This document shows, in pieces, positions 51,150 to 57,868 of a stretch of 57,868 nucleotides of DNA (the stretch's first letter is position 1; each line of letters starts with the position of its first letter). Source of the stretch: Octopus bimaculoides (lineage: Eukaryota); assembly GCF_001194135.2 (NCBI RefSeq), contig NC_068988.1, positions 24,258,238 through 24,316,105 on the forward strand. The letters are read 5' to 3'. The position numbers were made by a program, and so were the translations under genes. Below the pieces are notes generated by a model. It saw only the letters and a list, made by a program, of their open reading frames with translations. It searched no databases and was not told where the DNA came from.

Positions 51150-52354
51150 NNNNNNNNNNNNNNNNNNNNNNNNNNNNNNNNNNNNNNNNNNNNNNNNNNN
51201 NNNNNNNNNNNNNNNNNNNNNNNNNNNNNNNNNNNNNNNNNNNNNNNNNNNNNNNNNNNNNNNNNNNNNNNNNNNNNNNNNNNNNNNNATATATATACAT
51301 ATATATATATATATTTATATATATATATATATCATAAACTTTATATATAGATATATGCCCAGAGAGACAGAGAGAGGAAGAGAAAGAAAGAGGGAGACAA
51401 ACAGAGGCGGAGAGACAGACAGAGATAAAGAAAGAACGAGATAAATAAGTATAGACAGATAAACAGATACATAGATCGATAGGTAGATAGATTGGCAGAT
51501 TGGTATATTCACTTATACAAGTATATACAGACATATATCTACACACATATATAATGTACGTCTTCTGTATGCTTGTATGTATGTATGTATGTATGTATGT
51601 GCGTGAGTATTTCTAACGATATATATTTATATATGTGTGTATTTGTATGTGTGTGTGTGTGTGTACATGTGTCTGTGTGTATACATGTGTGTCTGTTTCT
51701 GTACTTTTAGATGATTAGAGTCTAACTCTTCAACATATATGTATAACATTAGACAATAGAAACCAATTTTACAAACAATACGAAAACGAAGCACATTAAG
51801 CATCCGTCACTCAAACTGTAATAATCGACGTCCTGATTATTAGGGTCAAGTCACCTTGTGTCGTTGATAGACTATTTATATGATGCATACACAAAATACA
51901 CCAAAATAAGTAAATAAAATGAAGGAAATATAATTATCACTAAAATATAGAAGACCGATAACGTGTCGTGTTATATTAGCTTTCTGATGCGCTTGGAGAA
52001 AGTCTACGACAACTACATATTAGCTGGAACTCAGTGGTATTTCGACTTTATGAGTTACATTAAATGACCATTCTTGGGAATTTTGATAAGTGGATACATA
52101 ACTAACTTTTGCATAGAAATGGGAATGGTGAAGAAATTGATGATATGAGGAAGTGTTACAGAATAGAGTTTGCGGGGGCATCTATTTTCTTCTTTGGTGT
52201 AGCGTGCGATTTTCATGTGATATTATCTAGGCATGCATAGCTAACCTTAACGTCATTGGCATTAAACAGTTTGTAATTATTATGCATGTGAAAGGATAAT
52301 TGAAGTGTATTTTCATTTACCTATATACCAAACGTGTATATACACACGTATTTG

Positions 52355-52386
<32 letters not shown>

Positions 52387-52933
52387 AACATGATTGTGTC
52401 AGGTGCGTGTATACACACACATAAAACCTGCACACATACATACAAATATATATATATACATACATACATACACACACATACACACACATACACATATATA
52501 TATATATTCATAGACATATATATATATATATANNNNNNNNNNNNNNNNNNNNNNNNNNNNNNNNNNNNNNNNNNNNNNNNNNNNNNNNNNNNNNNNNNNN
52601 NNNNNNNNNNNNNNNNNNNNNNNNNNNNNNNNNNNNNNNNNNNNNNNNNNNNNNNNNNNNNNNNNNNNNNNNNNNNNNNNNNNNNNNNNNNNNNNNNNNN
52701 NNNNNNNNNNNNNNNNNNNNNNNNNNNNNNNNNNNNNNNNNNNNNNNNNNNNNNNNNNNNNNNNNNNNNNNNNNNNNNNNNNNNNNNNNNNNNNNNNNNN
52801 NNNNNNNNNNNNNNNNNNNNNNNNNNNNNNNNNNNNNNNNNNNNNNNNNNNNNNNNNNNNNNNNNNNNNNNNNNNNNNNNNNNNNNNNNNNNNNNNNNNN
52901 NNNNNNNNNNNNNNNNNNNNNNNNNTATATATT

Positions 52934-53029
52934 GGGGTGTATGAAAAGCCTTGACCCTCAAAAAACAACATGGTCCAAGACTTCAAGGCTCAAAACCCTT
53001 CAAGACTCAAACCTTTTCATACACCCCTC

Positions 53030-53030
<1 letters not shown>
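52934..53030. mobile_element. ~100-bp mariner-type MITE
   Basis: 15-bp perfect TIR GGGGTGTATGAAAAG (52934) / CTTTTCATACACCCC (53013-53027). The right end reads TA-CGAGGGG on the minus strand, a typical mariner terminus. Embedded in (TA)n. Confidence 0.7.
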
Positions 53031-53074
<44 letters not shown>

Positions 53075-53548
53075 TAGGCATTTACTTTTTCAGATTAATT
53101 GGTGGAGAGTGTATTAACAATTTATGATGTATTTTTAACAGAAACAAGCCGTGATAGTGAACAATGCAAAGAGAATCATGTTATTATTAGCAAGCAGAGA
53201 CTGCCCTGAGGTACCATTAGAATCAGTGTTAGTCATGGTATGTTTTTCACTGTTAGCAGCCAATAGTATCGGTAAAGTGCTCCTTTGATGGCAGTATTAT
53301 GGTAGATGCTTGTTTCTGTCCAGGGATGCTATATATGAAGTATACACAGGTGCTAGACCTTGTAATTACAAAATTCAGGTGAATAAAACTGTATGTGAAG
53401 GGGTGTTCATACAATGTTGGGAAGTCATTTCCTTGATCGTGGTGTCTCCTGGGATACTGAAATCGAGAATTTTGTTTTCCTTGACACAACTCATTTGAAT
53501 ATTTCAAACACTGGGTTCAGAATGCAGTGGCTATATTCTTTTCAAAAT

Positions 53549-53681
53549 TCTGCGGCACACCTGAACTAAAAATATAATGAAAAGTATAGGGAAAAAATTT
53601 ATATTCAGGTTACAGTGCGGCACACCTTGTCTCGTATCGTGGCACACCAGTGTGCTTCGGCATACCGGTAACGGAACGCTG
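53549..53681 (-). mobile_element. hAT (Charlie-like) transposon end
   Basis: Minus strand CAGCGTTCC terminus with repeated subterminal GTGTGCC(G/A)C motifs, adjacent to CTCTAGAA, which matches the NTCTAGAN target preference of hAT-Charlie. Confidence 0.6.
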
Positions 53682-54512
53682 CTCTAGAATGCAACCTTTC
53701 TTTCCTTTTGTCTTTGTCTTTCTCTCACACCCTTTCTTCCCCTTTCTCTCTTTCTCTCGTTCTCTCTCTCTATCGCTCTCTCTGTTTGTGTCTCTCTCTA
53801 AACATACACACATACAAAGACACACACACACAAATGTACGTGCTTATGTATGCGAGAGAGGCATAAAATAAAAATTGTAAAGAATGAACAATGTGATGTG
53901 ACAAACACCAACGTTTCTGTATGCCACACTCTTACTTCGCCATTACACTCTTTCTCTCTCTATTTCCTTCTTCGTATATCCGCGTTTCCCCGAAAAAGCA
54001 ACCTCTGCTCATCATCCATTATTCTGTTATTCAGTTATACTTAACTGCGTCTGAATTTACGTACAATATTCCGTAAAGGTTCATTGAAAAAGAGCGACTT
54101 TGTCTCAAGACGAACATCCACATAAACACACACACACACACATATACAAAAATATATTTATTGCATATGAATGCAAACATATATATGTGTGTGTGTATGT
54201 GTGTATATGTGTATATGTCTGAGTATACATGTATATCCATTCCTTACTGTTAATTATCCACCTGTCTGTCTATCTTCTCAACTTGTCTTTGTAATAGATA
54301 ATTTAATATTTTGTCCCTCTCAAAGTTTTCCTTCATTTCGTCCATATCCATGTATATTGTAGCAAATGAAAAATCGAATAACTAACAAGCAAATGAAAGT
54401 CACACGATATTGCCTTACACATAAATTATATGTATATGTATACCTCTGTATATATATTGTCCGCCACTACATTCCTCCATGGCTAGATTTAATTTGCGTA
54501 TACAAATTTAAT

Positions 54513-54670
54513 CTGCGATCCATGGGACGAGCCGTTTTAGCGATGCGTCCTGCCCAAGCTCGTCGAAACGCCGGTGTTAAAACGTGGGTGGCTGATGAAG
54601 GAGAATGTTCTCTATGTGGCTCGTGTGTTCTCGTCTACGTTTGTTTGCAATGTCCTGTACCCAGATATGC
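54513..54670 (+). repeat. GC-rich structured short element containing GAAAC and CTGATGA words; possibly Penelope-related
   Basis: 7-bp stem GACGAGC/GCTCGTC directly before GAAAC (54565), and CTGATGA at 54592-54598, but not in a valid hammerhead topology. Confidence 0.35.
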
Positions 54671-54741
54671 ACCTATACATACAGGTGGATGTCGGTATGC
54701 ACATACCTGTACGTATATATGCATATACTCATTTACTATTT

Positions 54742-54791
<50 letters not shown>

Positions 54792-56362
54792 GACGCGTGT
54801 ATCTCTGTGTGTTTTTATGACTGTATTCGTTGCGATGTGCGTATACATCTGACGTCAATGCGTTATCTCCCATGTGCGTGTGAGGGAGTTTTGATGCGTG
54901 TTACTGTAGTATGTGTGTGAGGTATGCTATAGCGTGTGTCAGATATTCATAAGTAAAAGATAGATTGTGAAAAAAACTAAATTGAACTGTCTGCTTAATA
55001 ACATAACATTCTTCATATTTGCTGTACCGTTTCCTGTCACTATCGCTACCGAGTATCAGTTTACATGTACTTTTAAGGCCAATATATATTTGCTGATTCT
55101 CAGCTCCAGCCGTTGGCAATTCTACATTACTTCATTCTGCTTGGAGACCAACAAGTTATGGAAGGAAATTTTAAACATTTGATTATGTACAGATAAAAGA
55201 GAAACTTTATCATAAGTTCAACAAATCTGTTATAACGTCTGTTAAAATAAGAATCAAAAACTACATTTCGGGCATTCATCGACTAAAATATATAATGTAT
55301 ATGTGATTGTTCTGGCTATCAATGCAAGTAGTATTAGATATTGAATTCCTGACATGAGTGTTATGTATCATGCAGTATTGTAATCATCTAAAGATACCTT
55401 CATCTAATTTACAGTACAGTAGAAGTTAGTAAATCTGTTATCTTTAAGAATGTACTAAATACCTCACATACTTTATTACACTGCTGATGAAGTTGGATAA
55501 ATTTTAATTCGTTTTTTAAAATTTTAATTAATTAAAACAGGAATCAGTAGATACCAAATTAGACTATGTAAGATTGTTGTTAAATTATTGCCGACTTCAT
55601 ACAATGAATCGGAACTGGGGAAAAAAGTAAGGCTAAATTATACTAATTGGTTTCTGATTAAAATGTAGAATTAATTAGGAGTATTTTGGATTTTGTTGTT
55701 TTATTATGTTTGATAGGGTAATTAGAACGACTGTTCTCAGTAAGGATTTGGTATATTAGAATAGGATAATGAGTGTGTTGATACTAATGGATATTATCAT
55801 TGTTTTTCTTTCTTAGCCCTAGGCCGTATCTAATGGAACAGAATTGTGATCAAAGGCTTTCTATCTGCAGTCATTTGGTATTTAATACAAATATATCGTA
55901 ACTCCTCGGACTGCATTAAACAAGGCGTCCACCCATTTTTCAACTCTGTAGAACAAGATTTGGAAGTTCATTCTCACTTTTGTAAAAAGATTTACAGTTC
56001 AGAAAGAAGCAACTTGCAATTTCCTCGGCTCAGATTTCTATATAATCCATTGTCGTTGCTGCTGCTGCTACCCTCTTCTGGTTTTCAGCCCGGAACCAAT
56101 TTCGTTCGTATATAACCAAATTCAAACGGGTTCCAATTTTGAACACCAAGTCTGAGATACAAATAGCATGTCAAGTTCCACATTAAGCAATAGGTTCCCC
56201 CTACTTTAAATTATTTGATTTTCGGAGAAATTGGTTGCTATTTCAAGGAAATTGGGTGACACAGTAGAAATTACCTGTTGGACTCGATCGTATTCTAAAT
56301 GACTAGTGTTTGAAAGAAAATAACGACATAACCAGTTTGCACTCTCGTTGGTGTATAGTGAT

Positions 56363-56527
56363 AGGAGTGGCTGTGTGGTAAGTAGCTTGCTTACGAACCA
56401 CATGGTTCCCGGTTCAGTCCCACTGCGTAGCACCTTGGACAAGTGTCTTCTACTATAGCCACGGGCCGACCAAAGCCTTGTGAGTGGATTTGGTAGACGG
56501 AAGCTGAAAAAAGCCCGTCGTATATAT
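56363..56527 (+). mobile_element. SINE family B, left monomer only (ends at the start of the internal microsatellite)
   Basis: Nearly identical to 15617-15780. Confidence 0.92.
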
Positions 56528-57078
56528 GCTGCTTCTGTGACTTTAAGCTCCCGCTGTTTCACCATCCTGTTTTAATATTTTTATAACGACTGCAAAGAAA
56601 TAAATTATAAAGGCGATACAGGGGTATTGAAAGTGCGGAGAGCCAAATGGAAAACTACGATCTGTACTAAACACTTTNNNNNNNNNNNNNNNNNNNNNNN
56701 NNNNNNNNNNNNNNNNNNNNNNNNNNNNNNNNNNNNNNNNNNNNNNNNNNNNNNNNNNNNNNNNNNNNNNNNNNNNNNNNNNNNNNNNNNNNNNNNNNNN
56801 NNNNNNNNNNNNNNNNNNNNNNNNNNNNNNNNNNNNNNNNNNNNNNNNNNNNNNNNNNNNNNNNNNNNNNNNNNNNNNNNNNNNNNNNNNNNNNNNNNNN
56901 NNNNNNNNNNNNNNNNNNNNNNNNNNNNNNNNNNNNNNNNNNNNNNNNNNNNNNNNNNNNNNNNNNNNNNNNNNNNNNNNNNNNNNNNNNNNNNNNNNNN
57001 NNNNNNNGCTATTTAGGTGATGATTTTTTAAGTTAGCTTACCAATTATTTTTGTTGGTAGTTAATTTATAATATATTG

Positions 57079-57117
<39 letters not shown>

Positions 57118-57868
57118 AGTGTATTGTTTGCCATTCATAACATATTTAACCCAAGTACTTGATGAAATATCTCGCTGTGAATTTAAGAGAAATATGCAAG
57201 AAACAATTTAATAAACATAAGTGTATATGTGTGCGTATATGTGTGTGCCCATGCCTGTTTGCGTGCGTGCTTGTATGCGTGGCGACGAGTGTTTACGATG
57301 ATAATCTTACCCAAGTACTTGATGGAATATCTCTTCACTGAGAGTTTAACAGCAATATATTTCAATTATTTCACAGCAGAGGAAGTGTTATTTAAATATT
57401 AATCAACAAAGAACATTTTAAACTGAATTTCTATGTCTTTGAAGTTTAACTGCTATCAAAGAAAATAAAAATCAAACAGCAGATTGGTGCAATGCAATGA
57501 ATATTCTTATTAAAATAAAATTTCAAATTAAGGAGAAATAGAAGTGAGGATTTCGTATTGTTATATTACAAACAATGATTGAAATCAAAGTGAAATTCTA
57601 CGCTTTGGTATTTTTTTATATCTTTGGCGTAAACTCTTTTAAAGGGGCTTCTTGTGGGAGTTGTTATATGTATGTTTGAATGAAAGCTGGAACGTGCACA
57701 ACACGGGTGTTGTGCTAGGCTTTCATAATATTTAGAAAATATTGATATGATGATAGGGGAGATAGTATGTTCTTAATAAGTTTATATCTTCAATAGCTGT
57801 TCGATCCCCGTCATTAAGCTGTAGTTTATTTTATGCACAGCAAGCCTGTATGTTAGCAACATTTTCCG

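Noticed and set aside
55817-55880. Exon-like segment with a strong acceptor (PRPYLMEQNCDQRLSICSHL)
   Set aside because: It is the reverse complement of a repeat tail (family G).
55900-55970. Minus-strand peptides KNGWTPCL (ankyrin-like) and VEKWVDALFNAV (PH-helix-like)
   Set aside because: Short coincidental motifs with no usable donor and no flanking domain sequence.
331-57365. The supplied ORFs in general (poly-I, YI, HT, CV, LS, X runs; up to 407 aa)
   Set aside because: They are translations of microsatellites, N-gaps or SINE bodies, often with non-ATG starts, and show no domain signal.
1-57868. CRISPR arrays, rRNA genes or prokaryotic operons
   Set aside because: No regularly spaced repeat-spacer array or rRNA-like sequence was seen; the DNA is eukaryotic and repeat-rich.

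Overview
This is an AT-rich, repeat-saturated animal genomic scaffold with 14 N-gaps, most of them beside (TA)n or (CA)n tracts. It is most consistent with an octopus or other coleoid cephalopod genome. That is an inference from the extreme microsatellite density and from SINE sequences that match my recollection of Octopus repeats; no database was searched. No protein-coding gene can be confidently identified. Almost all supplied ORFs are translations of microsatellites, SINEs or gaps, and only a few short, low-confidence exon candidates remain. Identifiable content: (i) at least four tRNA-derived SINE families; (ii) 3' fragments of R4/Dong-like non-LTR retrotransposons sitting in microsatellites; (iii) mariner, pogo/Tigger and hAT DNA-transposon remnants; (iv) short Penelope-type repeats carrying minimal hammerhead-ribozyme folds, in two families, one with a non-canonical core; (v) several inverted repeats, including a near-perfect 552-bp hairpin with 258-bp arms; (vi) a duplicated ~700-bp module with a 95-nt identical core. 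The best leads are the hairpin element at 6485-7036 and the hammerhead-bearing mini-elements at 6252, 24986 and 33736.
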